This document shows, in pieces, positions 24,246 to 37,469 of a stretch of DNA of 64,000 nt (its first letter is position 1; every line of letters starts with the position of its first letter). The DNA lies in NCBI GenBank assembly GCA_028023455.1, contig JAQFVV010000002.1:33170001-33234000 (forward strand), in the 5' to 3' direction. The notes below the pieces were generated by a model. That model was given only the letters and a program-made list of their open reading frames with translations. It did not search any database and was not told the DNA's origin. Source of the DNA: Epiperipatus broadwayi (Eukaryota; Animalia; Onychophora). The translations under genes and the position numbers were made by a program.

Positions 24246-24654
24246 ATGTGTTTAATTACGATGAATTTTTCCTCTTTTTCTTATTTTGTTTGTTGGATAA
24301 CTTGGGATGTTTATAATTCATGTTATTTAAAGCTTCATTTTGAAGAAACATTGTGAATCTTTGCATTTTCATTTAAGATCTGGAGGGAATTTTACTATCT
24401 CTTAGCCATTTTTGAAAATTAATAAAATAAGCTTTGAAATATTGAAAATAAATATTAACAAAAAGGGTAATTCTGTTAAATGTGATTTAATAGCATAATG
24501 TATAAAATGCCAACTTTTTATCGATTGAGCAACTTTATTCATCCTAATTACCTAACACTATAATGTAATGCAAATATCGTCAATCAAATAATTAAATAAA
24601 AGACCATTAGAACCAAGTTTGAATCACATATAATCACTATTCTACTATATTCAA

Positions 24655-24815
24655 GAATCTAACGGTCCAGGTTCGATTCCCATGCTAGTACTTTCATTGG
24701 TCAGGCCAGCACATCTGAAGAAGACGGGAGAATAATTCCTCTCGAAACATACATATACTAACTTGTTGGATGTGTTATTACCAACAGTTGTATGTATTTA
24801 GAATATTTAAATGAA
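24655..24815 (+). mobile_element. Solo terminal repeat of the Penelope element with HHR-like core (24715-24751)
   Basis: ttcgattcccatgcta...tcaggccagc...gggagaa.aat...gaaa...tatacta...aacagttg aligns with the reverse complement of 165-295. Core CTGAAGA a GACGGGA gaataat TCCTCTC GAAAC(A)TA; stem I not resolved. Confidence 0.65.
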
Positions 24816-25285
24816 GTTAAATTTTTCTAAAGACATTCAGTACTCAGATGATGGAAATAGTCTAATGTAAAGATACTGTATATCAAAATTTTCATATTTT
24901 CAACAACTGCCATAAGAAATCATTTCTTTTACAAAAATTTTTATCACTATTTCTGTTTGCAATTCTTTGTTATTGACTAGAAATTTTTGATATGTCATTG
25001 TATTTTTAAAATGATCCTTTTTTTAATAAATAAGAAATAAATAAATAGCTGTACTCTTTAAAGGTGATTAATTTTAATAATCTGTTATTGATTCAGTATG
25101 CTTGTCTGTGCATTATGATGTGTATATAAAGATCTTACTAACTTTATTTATGTATATACATGCGTACAAATAGACTTGATATATATATTTTTTTTCTAAG
25201 ACAAAAAAATTTAATTTTATTAACAATTTCTATTTTAAAAAAAGTTGTTGTAATTGCTTTCTAATTTGGACAAATTTGCTGCAAT

Positions 25286-25806
25286 TAGGCACTAGATAGG
25301 GGTTTTATGCACAAGCCTTCTGGCATCCATTGATTACTCTGGCTTGCACTGAGTGGTACTACTATATGGAGAGTTTGGTCAGCTTTAATAACATTTATGA
25401 GCAAGCATAAGAAATGGTGATCATGTGATATTTAGTGGTTTAATACCAATCCTGCATAATAGGATAGTGGTGGCTATGGTTATTAAAGAACCTAAGACAC
25501 CAAAATGCATGGGTACCGAACTGAATTCAGACCTATATGACTATATATGCTAATGAGTTTGGATTGAAAACATTATTGTGTTTTCAATTTTATTCTCATA
25601 GTTTTGTAGTTAAGTAGAGATAAAAGGTGGCTGCTGGAGCATTGCATTAGATCCTAAGATCTAGGTGCAGTGCTCTCAGATCCAAGACTCCTCACTGACA
25701 AAAGCCACAAGGTAGATAGGGATTTTATGCACAAGCATTCTGGCATCCATTAATTACTCTGGCTTGCATTGAGTGTCACTACTATATGGAGAGTTTTGCA
25801 TGTTTT
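25286..25806 (+). mobile_element. Family A, about 1.1 monomer, HHR inactivated by deletion
   Basis: Full monomer body; at about 25680-25712 ctcctcactgacaaagccacaagg jumps to tagataggg, removing GAAA-stem III. Confidence 0.88.
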
Positions 25807-26545
25807 AAATGCTAATACAAAAACTTCCAAATTAAATACAATTTCTGTTAAAAGTGGGTCCAAATTTATCAATATAAAGTGTTTCTTTAATCACTTATTT
25901 TTATATTTTTTTTTTACATTCTAAATCTTTCTAATTACATAATAGTTCTATTTCTTATTTTTAGCATGTAAATATTATTAAAAATGTATTTTAAATAATT
26001 TGTTATTTTTTTCTAAAGAAAATAAAAACTGATTTAATATGCTTTGTAAATAGGATCATTCTTTAATATAGATTAAGCAAAAAATAAAACAGACTTTCGC
26101 TTATAATTACTTCTGTAATAGTATTATATTTTATTTTTATTTTTAACAGTTCAAATAATTTTGTAATGAATTAATAAATATAGCTATGTTAGTAAAAAAA
26201 TTTTATCAAAACAATTTTTGGCTAGTACTTTAATAATATTGGTTTGTTACTATATGCATTCGTGAGTAGAAAAAGACTATTAATTTAACTGCTAACTTTT
26301 TTATCCATGGGGATCGGAATTATTGAGAGATGCTATTATATTAAGGTAGCTACGATTAGTCTTTTAGTTTATGATATAATCAAGATTTTTTGTGCTAAAT
26401 TCAAGAAAGTAACCAAATTGCAGGCTTATATAAAGTCAAAAAGAACATTTGTTAGATAAATTAGTGCCTTGAATAAGAAATCAAAACAAAGAATAGTTAG
26501 AGAATTTGGGGTAAGAGTTGGACTTTCTAAGCCACTTTGCATATA

Positions 26546-26592
26546 GCATCACATGATGGCAATACTGTATGGAGAGTTTTGCTCTGTTTATC
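26546..26592. repeat. Short family A fragment
   Basis: gcatcacatgat|ggcaatactgtatggagagttttgc: two family A pieces in opposite orientation. Confidence 0.55.
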
Positions 26593-27269
26593 ACTTTGCA
26601 TATAATTAAATATTTGTTGCATACATATTCCACCATGCTCACCTAACCCATTTGCTATGATTATGAGAAGATAAAACTTCTCGAAAGCCCTCAACCAATT
26701 AATACTACAATTTGTACTTAGTTTCACCATTGCCTGCATTTTAATGCATTTAGACATATTAAGAGTATAAAGAAAAACCAAGGCAAAAGATAGTTAAGAG
26801 TATTTTTCTTTTTTCTAGTGATTAAGGCCAGATAGCACAATATATTTTTTACTCAATGGCTGTATTAGAATGGTGGAAAACAAATTAATTGTCATATTTA
26901 AAACTATATTTTTATAATTAAGAATTGTAAAATCCATTAATAAATAAAATTGCCAATTTATATAAAAATGAGAACTGATAATAATGAAATAATATCTATT
27001 TGTTAATGAAATTGCCTAGCTTACTTGTATTTTTATATTAATATCTAAATATTTCAAACATGCCATATTTTAAATTAGAAGACAAATGCATTAGACATCG
27101 AATTGGTTTAATGTGAATATGTATTGTCCATGACAAGGTTGCATGTAGAATGAAACCATAATATATGGTGTATCAATATGCACTATTTCAGTTATACTCT
27201 ATTCATAAAAATTAAATAGAGTAATAAGTTTAATGAATTTTATGATGCAACTGTATAATTAATATCCTT

Positions 27270-27420
27270 TTTTTTACATTTTTGATTGGCCAGCAGTCTT
27301 CAGCAGAATTTTAAACTTTGTCAAAAAAAATGGTAATGAAAGGTCTGCTGAAGACTGCTGGGCATTCGAAACTGTAAGAAAAAAATTGAAAATACTTTTT
27401 TTTATTCTTTTCAAATTTGA
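27270..27420. mobile_element. Family C inverted pair with degenerate HHR
   Basis: ggccagcagtcttcagcag ... ctgctgaagactgctgggcattcgaaactgta; core mutated to CTGCTGA. Confidence 0.65.
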
Positions 27421-28421
27421 TATGGAAAAATTTTGTGTAATAAAATATTTTCTGAGTGTGAAGTTAAAAGTTTTATGAAAATGTAAAAAATAATAAAGTA
27501 TCTTTCTTAAGCAATGAAAAGTAAGTTATTGATTTAGTAGTAACAGGAAAAAAAAAAAACTAATTGTTCTTGTATTGTGTCAGAAAGTTTAAAGTTTGAG
27601 GGGGTTAACCAGGAAAAGTTGGGTAAGCGTAAATAAGGATGACTATATAGATTCCAAACTCAATACGGACTTAAAAACAAGAAAACAACTAGAAAGGCTA
27701 TTATAGTCTCTTAATAATGAGACTATTGTTACATTTCCATAGACAAAAAAGTTGGGCCCATTATTATTCATTTTATTTAAATAATAAAATTATGGTATAG
27801 TAAGTTTTTTATTATTATTTTTTGAGTGAACACAGCAGATACATGTGTAAAGTGGTTTCCTTCAATTTATTATTAATTACTACATTATTATTTTTTTTAC
27901 ATTGTAGTTACAGTATAATTTTAATTTATATATTCATACTATACGCATAAAAAGGTACTGTACACTTGCAGTACAGTAAGCAATACATATTCAATTGTAT
28001 TTAAAGCTTATTTATAGAATATAAGTTATTTTATATATATGTGAGGAGAGCTTGAGATAAAATATAGCAGTTATTGCAGCTCTCCTGTATCTAAAAATAT
28101 ACTGCACTCTCAGTGTGATCAAGTGAATCGGGTAACACATCGTAGGAATTCTTACGTATGCCTCTGCATATTAATGATAAAATGTAAAGTATAGTTTAAC
28201 AAAGACTTATATTTAAGAAAAGACAATACAATTTACATATAGGGAAATCTTTTAATTAAAATAGCTTTATTATTTTTATTATTATTTTAGAAATTAATAG
28301 TTGTGATTGCTATTCTAAAAATTGACAATATATATATGGCATGTCCCGAAACTTTTTACGATAAACAGATGTTACACATTTACAGTAAGCAGCAATTATA
28401 GCCTTAGTTATTTCATAAAAA

Positions 28422-28495
28422 TACCAAACTCTCCATACAGTAGTTCCACCTAGCGCATCCTTTTGTAATCATCGGATTCAGGAAGGTTTGTGAAG
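28422..28495. repeat. Family A fragment
   Basis: aaactctccatacagtagttccac...gtaatcatcggattcaggaaggtttgtg. Confidence 0.6.
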
Positions 28496-28912
28496 TTAGT
28501 TATTTCATTTTTTTATGCGATAATTTTGTGAATTTTTTGATGTTAGAATAGGGTCACTCATCTTTCAGGTCAGTCATTTGATTTACCACCATTGAACGAC
28601 TTAAATTATTTGAATTTATAAGTGCACTAGGATTTGCGGTTATGTAACTGACTGGAAATTTTATGGGAACTGAGGCAAAAGTCAATCAGGGCCTAAAAAA
28701 AATAAAACTAATTGTTTCTGAAATAATACTATAAATGCAAAGTAGTTCTATAATCAAGAGTAATAAAAAATTAATCTTTTGAAATAGACCTAAACATAAC
28801 TGATAGGTGAAAAGATGTGTTCATACAAAAATAAATGAGGATCTTTGCTCATTTTTTTTATTAACCCTTTAATTTTTTTTTAATGCGCTTATTGTTTATC
28901 ATGTGATTAGTT

Positions 28913-29028
28913 TTTTTTATTTTTTTTATTAAATGTCATAGCATCGGCCGGGACGCGAACCCGCAACCCGGGCAACTGCCTGCAAGTGCAAGGCAGTCGC
29001 GCTGACCTCTCGACCACCAATGCAAGAC
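28913..29028 (-). mobile_element. Short tRNA-derived SINE
   Basis: Minus: GCATTGGTGGTCGAGAGG...GGGTTCGCGTCCCGGCCGATGC-TATGACA plus A-rich tail; 15-bp TSD atcatgtgattagtt (28898-28912 and 29029-29043). Confidence 0.9.
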
Positions 29029-29189
29029 ATCATGTGATTAGTTGCATGATTCTGTTGAATTAATAAACTGATTTTTTCATTTTCTCAATTGGGATTTGAT
29101 CTTGGAACCTTTACATTTGAGGTTAGACAGAGTTTTACAACTGAGTCAAGCTACTAATTTTTTCATTTTTACAATACTATTTAGTAATT

Positions 29190-29787
29190 TTGTGGAAGAA
29201 AACTAATCTTCACACACGTGCTTTAGAATTGATGAGCATTTGCCTATCAATAAGTGTTTTAAAAACACAGATGATCCCACCTGTGCTTAGAACTTATTCT
29301 TACTGATTGTGTCTAGATTACGGTTTGAACCTATTATGAGCCTGATTTTTAAATTGCTAAATTATTTACGCAAGTTCACTTTATATATCAAAGGAAGAAA
29401 AAGTTTCTCATGTTTAATAACCTGCAATAATGAATCTTATTCGTTTGAATATAAGTAATTAAAATATAATGATTTTATATATATTTAATATTCTGGAAGA
29501 AAACTAGTTTTCACACATGCGCTATAGAATTTTCATCTATTTCCTCATTAATAAATGTTTTAAAAAGTGGTTCCACCTATGCTTAGAAATTATTCTTTAA
29601 ATAAATCAACTTTTATTGACCGTGCTTAAATTAGGGCTTGAACTTATTATGAGCCTGATTTTTACATTAGCAAATTACTTGCACAAGTTCAGTTTATATA
29701 TCACAGGGAGTTTCTCATTTATAATTACCTACAATACTGAATCTTATTAGTTTGAATATATATAATAATTAATAATATGATATATAT
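29190..29787 (+). repeat. Diverged tandem duplication, unit about 300 bp
   Basis: ggaagaaaacta...tcacaca...ccacct.tgcttagaa.ttattct...attatgagcctgattttt...gaatcttatt appears at about 29190 and about 29493. Confidence 0.75.
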
Positions 29788-29792
29788 GTGTG

Positions 29793-30127
29793 TGCATGTT
29801 AGGAGTAACAAGAAATGATCGAAACGCAATTTATGGGTAAGAGAACAAACAGGTGTTACTGACCTCATTGAAAAAATTAAGAGACTGAAGTGGAGTTGGG
29901 CTGGACATATTGCTAGAAGAGATGATAATAGATAGACAATTGAAATCTTAAACCAGATTCCAAGAGATTGTAAAAGACCCAGAAAGAGACCACATGTGAG
30001 ATGGATGGATGAAATAAGGTGTGCAGGGATGATGTGGAAAAGAGAGACTAGAGATCAGAGAAGATGGATTGAACTTGGAGAGACTTTCATCCTGCAGATT
30101 GATCATGGCTGAAAATGTTGATGATGA
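29793..30127 (+). mobile_element. RTE LINE 3' fragment
   Basis: Close match to the 3' half of 60218-60836 (TGVTDLIEKIKRLKWSWAGHIARRDD), ending gatgatga. Confidence 0.88.
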
Positions 30128-30425
30128 ACATTCTTATATAATTTATTTATCATTTCAATATTTAGAGTTATATTTTTTTAATGAGATTTATTTCTTTTTT
30201 TCAAAATATTTTAGTAATTTAAAATCAGAAAAAAAAAAAGTGCTTAATTCTAATGTTTTTTATTGGTTTTAATTTTTGTATGTCATTATAAACAATCTGA
30301 AAGAGAATTTACGTTTTAAATCACTAGTTTATTTCATTACCGTAGTTTGATTTTTCTTTAATTGTATTAAATTATTTTAAATCAAATTTTGTAGATTGAA
30401 GTTTGCTGTATTGCTATCATTTTAG

Positions 30426-30455
30426 AGAAAAGATCTCGAAGAAAGTCGCTTCAAG
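30426..30455 (+). CDS. Possible 30-nt frame-preserving microexon of coiled-coil gene
   Basis: cattttag acceptor; AAG|gtcaca weak donor; phase 2 to 2 reads EKISKKVAS. Confidence 0.3.
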
Positions 30456-31057
30456 GTCACAAAAAATCTTCCTAATTGGTTTGAGCATAGTAGAACTCTT
30501 TGTCTGTCAAATTGTTGAAATTATTTTACATTGACAAAAGAAGCAACATGGTTTTTAAGTAGGTTCTTTGTTTCTTCTTGTTTTTGTTTTGTTATGAGAT
30601 TAATTTAACCAGTTATTTTAATTTTGTTGTTTTTGTTAATCCTTAATTATTTTTGATAAAAAGTCAATAAGCGTTATTGTTTTAGTATCAACTATATTTG
30701 GATATATTTTTTTTTTTTTAAAATGTTACTTTGTATCACGTTGCCATCAGTATTTTGATTTTATACACTTTAGTAAGGTTGTTTAGTTTATAATCGAACT
30801 TTAAACAATGTTAGATGAAATAGTTAATGATTTTTTTTATTATTATTAATGTTCTAAACAGTCATTTGATACTATGATCGATTTATTGGTGTTTGGATTT
30901 TATTATTGTTTTTATTTGCCCTGTGATATCAATGGAGGCCAACAAGATTATTTAAATATCTGAATGCAAGATGGTAAAAAAGACGCTACTTTGCTTTACG
31001 TCAAGATAAGAAAATAAATTACAGTGATCATTTTTAACCATTATCGGTTCACTGCTG

Positions 31058-32040
31058 AATGAAAGGCTCTTCAAGTTTTAATTTGTTCTCTTTGATCTAC
31101 GGAATCTCTTCTTCACATTACATCAGTAAGCTTCCTTATATCATCCATATCATATGTAGTCTCTTTTTATATCTTTTCCAGTCTCTTGGATCTAATTTAA
31201 AATTTCCATTATGTCTTGCTCAGTTCAGTTTCAGTCTTTTATTTTTTTCAGTGATGTCAAGGATACATTTGATTTTTCACCCCATGTATTTCATTTTCAA
31301 TCTTATCTTGTTATTCCTAATATCCATTTCTCTGTATTTCATTGAATGGTCTTAAATATCTGTATTACTTTTCTATTAAAAGCCCAGGTCGCAAATTCAT
31401 AACTAAGAGCTTGTAAAATGCATCTATTAAAAGTCTTTTATTCAAATGCATAGACATATTTTCTTTTAATATTAAGTTATTTCTACAAAAAGCATTTCTT
31501 CTGTGTTTAATTCTATGAATTTCATTTATTATGTTAGTAGTAATCTGGCCAAGGTATTTGTAGTTGATAGCCTCTTGTAATTCATAATTATCAATATTAT
31601 CTTCTTTTGGAAAATTTACTGAACATTAGTCTTTTTAGCATTCATCTTTACTCCTTCTTTTTCACTTTCATCAGATATTTATTGCAATATTTCCTGAAGC
31701 TCTGAAAGATTATTTGCCAAAACATTCATATCATTTGCAAAATCTAGATGACTTAAGCAGTCTCCATCTATTTATACTCCCTTAGTTTTCCATTTCAATC
31801 CCCAAAATCTCTCTTAAAGAACTGCTATGTAAAACATTTTGGAGATGTGGAGTCACCCTGTCACATATCCTTTTCAGTGTTAATCTTTTTAATATTAACA
31901 TGTATAACCTAATCACTGCTGTTGCATTTTAATAAATATTCTTCAGAATATGATAGTATACCAGATCTATATTCTGTTCATTCAAAGCTTTAATCATCAT
32001 CGTTCCTGAACACAAGGTATAACGGCAACTCACATTCATT
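31058..32040 (-). mobile_element. Decayed RTE LINE RT fragment
   Basis: Minus: DGDCLSHLDFANDM (FADD-like), YLGQIT..INEIHRIK, and a 3' region homologous to 60218-60836. Confidence 0.75.
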
Positions 32041-32059
32041 GGTTCTTTCTATAACTTAA

Positions 32060-32405
32060 AACAGTAGTGCCGCAGATGCAGGAAGGTTTGTATATAAATC
32101 TCTATCTAGTGCCTTTATCCCCAAACTAGTTTCTAGCTTGTGGCAATCATCATTGAGGAGCCTTGGATTTGAGAGCACTGCACCTAGATCTTATGCGACC
32201 CTCCAGAAGCCACCTTTTACCTTATTTGCTAGTCTGCGGATATTGGATGAATATTCACTAGATAGGATTTCATGTACAAACTTTCCTGCATCCATTGATT
32301 ACTCTGGCTTGCACCGAATGGCACTACTGTATGAAGAGTTTTGCCTCTGTGTAAACATTTTGTGTAAGCATAAAGAATGATGATTATGTGATGTTTGATG
32401 ATTTA
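32060..32405. mobile_element. Family A insertion, head-to-head, degenerate HHR
   Basis: Left: actagtttctagcttgtggcaatcatcattgaggagcc (core mutated). Switch at about 32230. Right: gctagtctgcggatattggatg...gagttttgcc. Confidence 0.8.
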
Positions 32406-32680
32406 TATATCTGTGAGTGCCATACTTACAACTAGGATTTGAATCCAGCTTGAGTGAATTTTTTTTCAAGACTTTGGCTCTTTTCCTCAGGTAGCTGGCT
32501 CATAACCTATTTAACTAATCATCCGATATTAGGAAGTAAGTAAGATATTTAGTAATTCTTAGACAGAGAGTAAATCAAGGATAGAAAACTGCTTCCACAT
32601 TCTTTATGAGAGGTTGTTGGAGAGCTTTTGACCTACAGTGGGATATTAAAATGCCTGAATTACCTTGTTTTTAACCATTA

Positions 32681-33290
32681 AACAGTCAACTGCAGGATGA
32701 AGATTTTGCTTCAAGTTTAATCCGTTTCTCTTATCCATAGTCTGATTTCTTCATATCACATTATCAACTTCATTCTTTCACCCATTTATCTCACTTCTGG
32801 TCTCTTTTAAGTCTTCTACAATCTCTTGGAATTCAGTTCAAGACTTCAACTGCCCATTTATTATCATTTCTTCTAACAAGATGTCCAGTCCTCTTCGATT
32901 TGAGTCACTTAACTCTTTCAATGATGTCAGTATTAGTGTTTATTCTCTTCCATTAGTATTTCATTTTCAATTCCTTCTTGTTTTTCCCAACATACTTCTC
33001 TCCATAGTTAGTCAGCTGTTGTGAAGTCTTGTATTGCTCTTAAATACTCAATTCTTAGATCCATATATATAAGAATTGGTAACACCCATCTATTAAAAAT
33101 CTTTTTCAAACCCATAGGTATATTTTCTTTTAATATTAAATTATTTCTATCAAAAGCCTTCCAAACAAATTTAGTTCTATTATTAGTTTTATCCATTGAG
33201 TTTCTTTCGGTATTATTAATATGGCCAAGGTATTTCTAATTGCTTATTTCTTATAATATGTGATTATCAATATTATTTTTTTCTGTGAAA
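32681..33290 (-). mobile_element. RTE LINE 3' fragment
   Basis: Minus ORF 33008-33196 WKAFDRNNLILKENIPMGLKKIFNRWVLPILIY is homologous to the 60202 ORF. Confidence 0.82.
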
Positions 33291-34425
33291 ATTCATGTAT
33301 ATATATATTGCAACTACAATTATATTTTGCATTCAAGAATTATAAATTAAATATAGTCAATTTTGAGCATAATAAAATGTAATATAGAATTGATAAAGAT
33401 TGGAGAAACTTTAGGATGGAAACAAATAGTACAAAAAATTAAAGCGATGAAAATAGGTAAAAGGGACAAAAATTAAGAGCAAGAACTTAGACAGGAAGTT
33501 ATAGAGCTTATTTACGCTTTGCGTAAGCAGATATCGAAAATAGTAATCATTAAAATTATTCCAAACAAAGTTTTAATATGTGTTGGAGATTATTCTGCAA
33601 ACCTTAGATTGAAAAGGCTTTTTAAATGTCTTAATTAAACTGTAGCTTTATATGAAGAAAAAACATGAACCATTACCAAAAAACTTTGCATATTTGAATT
33701 TTTCAGGAAAATGGAAAAGATAATTTGGAAAGAATGTCAGAAATGTGCAATGGTTGAAATCGGTGAATAAAATTTTTTTAAGAAAAAATGTGAAGGTAAA
33801 GAAAAATTGGATTTAATATACACTTGGAGACAGGGGAATTATGAAAGTTGGTGTTGGGAGTATAGAAAATATAAGGAAAAAAGAAATAAGAGTTGATTAA
33901 TAATCTTAATAAGGAAAATAGTTATGAATATTTAAAAAGCAGATCAATAAAATGTTTGAAGAATATGATTGGATACAGGGGATCTGCTTTTTGGCATTGG
34001 CAGATAACTGATAATAATGAGAATGGTGATCAACTTGAGAATAAATTTTGGTAAAAATAATGGTTAAACATTTTATTATTGCCTAGAAAGTCAGCATTAA
34101 ATTGGAACAAGATTTAAGAACTAGATAACTATATTTACTTAGGCTAGTTAGTATCAGCTAAAGCAAGTACAATTTGAGAAAATATTTAAAAAATGTTTCA
34201 ACCAATATGCTTTTATCTATTTAAGTCATAATTGTAAGATGTGGAATTTGGATTTAATGACAAAACAAAAAATTACAAATAATTCACATGATTGCCATTT
34301 TTTATGCTTGCTCAAGCTGTTAAAACAGACAAAACTCTCCATACAGTAGTGCCACTCAGTGCAAGCCAGAGTAATCAATGGATGCAAGAAGGTTTGTGCA
34401 TAAAGTCCCTGTCTAATGCCTACTC

Positions 34426-34484
34426 ATCCAATATTCTCAGACTAGTTTCTAGCTTGTGGCTTTCATCAGTGAGGAGTCTTGGAT
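34426..34484 (-). ncRNA. Type I hammerhead (family A, AGC/GCU stem II variant)
   Basis: Intact core; compensatory stem II pair relative to 7355; one mismatch in stem I. Confidence 0.75.
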
Positions 34485-34871
34485 CTGAGAGCAGTGCACC
34501 TAGCTCTTAGGATCTAATGCAACCCTCCAGCAGCCATCTTTTACCTTATTAGCTGCTACATGGAGAGTTTAGATTCTGTATAAACTGCTTGTGTAAGCAT
34601 AAGAAATGATGATCATGTGATACTTAGTGGTTTAAAACCAATACTGTCTAATAGGATTACGGTGACTGCAATTATTAAAGAACCAAAGATACCAAAAACT
34701 ATGGATGCTGCATTGAATTCAGATTTATACAACTATATAAGTAATGGGCTTGAATTGAAAACATTATTATGTTTTCATTTTGCACTTAAAGCTTTATAGT
34801 TAGCTAATAAGATAAATGGTGGCTGCTGGAGGGTTGCATTAGATCCTATCATCTAGATGCAGTGCTCTCAG

Positions 34872-34930
34872 ATCCAAGGCTACTCACTGATGAAAGCCAC
34901 AAGTTAGAAACTAGTCTGGGGATATTGGAT
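34872..34930 (+). ncRNA. Type I hammerhead (family A)
   Basis: Intact core; G.U in stem II; one mismatch in stem I. Confidence 0.7.
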
Positions 34931-35171
34931 GAGTAGGCACTAGATAGGAATTTTATGCACAGACCTTCTTGCATCCATTGATTACTCTGGCTTGCACTGG
35001 TGACGCTACTATATGGAGAGTTTAGCTTCTGTGTAACAGAATAGGGAAAAAGCATCCTAGAAAAGAATTATATCAATATATGTTGATGAAATTTACTAGA
35101 TTGTTACATCAAATAGCTATTTGTGGAAAAACATTGGAGAAGTTTTTGCTTTACAGTAAGCAAATAAAATT

Positions 35172-35415
35172 AAAAAAAGGAAGCAAAAATTCAGTTAATT
35201 TTCAACTAGCATAAAATATTGTATGAAGAAAAGAAGGAATATGAACACATTTTTAAATAAACCATTAAGAAGAATTGAATATTTAGAATAAAATAAAAAA
35301 AAGGAAGCAAAAATTCAGTTAATTTTCAACTAATATAAAAGATTATATGAAGAAAAGAAAGAATATGAACACATTTTTAAATAAACCATTAAGAAGAATT
35401 GAATATTTAGATTTT
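35172..35415 (+). repeat. Tandem duplication, unit about 123 bp
   Basis: aaaaaaaggaagcaaaaattcagttaattttcaacta...gaatatgaacacatttttaaat...ccattaagaagaattgaatatttaga occurs twice. Confidence 0.85.
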
Positions 35416-35554
35416 GTAAAATAAGGGTTAATAATGATATAAGAAAATATAAATTGTAAATTGGCAGTGAAAGATATATTAAGGGAATAAAAATCTCAAA
35501 AGTGTACAACAACATCTTGTTATTGAAAGAAAAGTATTTCAACAATAAGATGGA

Positions 35555-35675
35555 ACACTTTTTAGCAAAAACCTTTTATTGTACATATATACACGTACAC
35601 CTATGTTTGGCAGTCGAAACATAGGTATATGTGTATATATATATACAATAAAAGGTTTTTGCTAAAGAGTGCTCG
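35555..35675. repeat. Family C fold-back (3' half of HHR plus tail)
   Basis: tagcaaaaaccttttattgt...cctatgttt ggcagtc gaaacatagg...acaataaaaggtttttgcta; tail matches 41250-41300. Confidence 0.7.
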
Positions 35676-36554
35676 AAGTGATTTGGATAAATTGGAATTA
35701 TTTATTAGATTCAAGATAGATATGGGTTCTAAACTTAGTTAAAGTTCAATATTCTCTTTCCATAAAGGACTATATTTATATCAATATTAAATTAGCTTAG
35801 CTTAATATATACATAATTAATGGAAAAAAACATTCTCCCTTCGGGTTATGTCAAGAATAGAATGGATTTGTTAATGCTTACAAGTTAAGTCTACAATTAT
35901 TAACTTCTGCTTGATTTTTAAAACGTCATTAAAAATGAGATTCGGTCTCCATCCTTGCAATAATTAGCTATTAAATTTATAATTAATAATGCCATATTTT
36001 CATCTGGCTTATGTACTGAGTTCATTCAGAATTTCCATTAATGTTGGCAAATGTAAGTTTATAAACATGAAAAGCTTAAAGAATAGGTAACTATTCTTTT
36101 TTTTTTTTTTGTCAACAGTGTTATTTATTCATAGCCTGAGAGGGAGAGTGCTTTACTGTATTAATTACATATCTAATTGCTATTAAGTTTGCACTCTTGT
36201 ACAATAACTCATGAAAAAATACAAGGAATAAACAATGAATGATAATGAATATATTTGAGAGATCAAGATGAGCAAGGCAAACGGATGACGCTCATTCAAC
36301 CGAGGACAATTGCCTTTATCTGATGTGTTTATTGATTTGTTTGTTTGAAATTGATTCTTGTAAGCAGAGATGTTCAAATATGGCACTAACAATTTTTATT
36401 AGTTATTCATTAGACTAGAGATTATTCACTTAATGAATAATATTTCTGTAGGGTCATTTTCTCTACACCACTCTCACACAAGGTAAGGACTGCTTTTAAT
36501 AGTTTGTGAAGTGGCATAATCATAAACATATAACCAAAAACGTGAAAAAAATGT

Positions 36555-36700
36555 ATGATTCCCAAGATCAGTTGGACCAGATCACAGTCTCTTTACAACA
36601 TAGCTTTATCATTGTTCAGTATATATATATATAAATAGCCAATTACTAAAGCTTAATTGCATTCCAATATCAGCCTTTCAAGCTAATTGAGCACGCGCCT
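36555..36700 (-). repeat. Family B-related fragment with HHR core deleted
   Basis: tgattcccaagat|cagttggaccagat...cattgttcagtatata matches the reverse complement of 18548-18595 with the core missing, then the family B body. Confidence 0.5.
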
Positions 36701-37269
36701 TTTGAGAATGTTAAATAAATGAATACTCTCCTCTTCAATCCAAGATATAGTATTTATGCAGGAATAAAAAGAATCCCTCTTATTCCTACGACTCAAATTC
36801 TTTTATATGAGCAAATCTAAAGAATTGTTGAAGAGAGCTTGAGTAGATTCTCACTTTAAATTACTATTTACGATGTTTAATTGATAAATATAAAACTTAA
36901 TACTTTCATAACTTTGATACAAACCACTTAATGGAAGTATATTAATCATTTTTATTAGTCATTCATTAGACTTATCCACTTAATGAATAATATATCTGTA
37001 GTGTGATTTTTACTACAGTACTCTCATGCAAGGTAGGGTTTGTTTTCTATCACAAATGTTAAAAGCGAATAGAAACCAGTTCTTACCTTGCTTGAGAGGT
37101 ATAGAGTGGAAATTATACTACAGAAATATTATTGATTAATACTTAGTTGCATTTGATTACAATATTTCAATGTCAAATTTGCTTTATATTTTGTAATTTG
37201 TAATACTATTTTAATTTATGTTAATTTTATTATACAGTATATATTTATTTAATTATTTATTTTATATAG

Positions 37270-37310
37270 TGATTTGTTGTCAGTAAAAGATAAAGTTCAT
37301 TTTAATTCAG
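37270..37310 (+). CDS. Exon of coiled-coil gene (DLLSVKDKVHFNS)
   Basis: AT-rich tract + tatag acceptor; CAG|gtaatc donor; phase 2 to 1, bridging exons 19083 and 43854. Confidence 0.55.
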
Positions 37311-37469
37311 GTAATCTTAATTATATTATTAATAAAATATATGTTTGTTTTTGTAATATATATATAAATAGAAAAATTATCATAATAGCGACATAGCAAT
37401 CAGAAGAGATAAAAATATCATTTAGATTTTCTCATATATTTAATCATATGCTTCCAAGAGTTGTTTTCT

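Larger units (their letters stand above)
34287..35040. mobile_element. Family A insertion, head-to-head, two HHRs
   Basis: Switch at about 34555. HHR 34426-34484 (-): CTGATGA a AGC cacaa GCT a GAAA CTAG TC. HHR 34872-34930 (+): CTGATGA a AGC cacaa GTT a GAAA CTAG TC tgggga. Confidence 0.9.

Noticed and set aside
28934-29022. Functional tRNA-Gly gene
   Set aside because: No canonical anticodon arm or T-loop; A-rich tail, TSD and multiple copies indicate a SINE.
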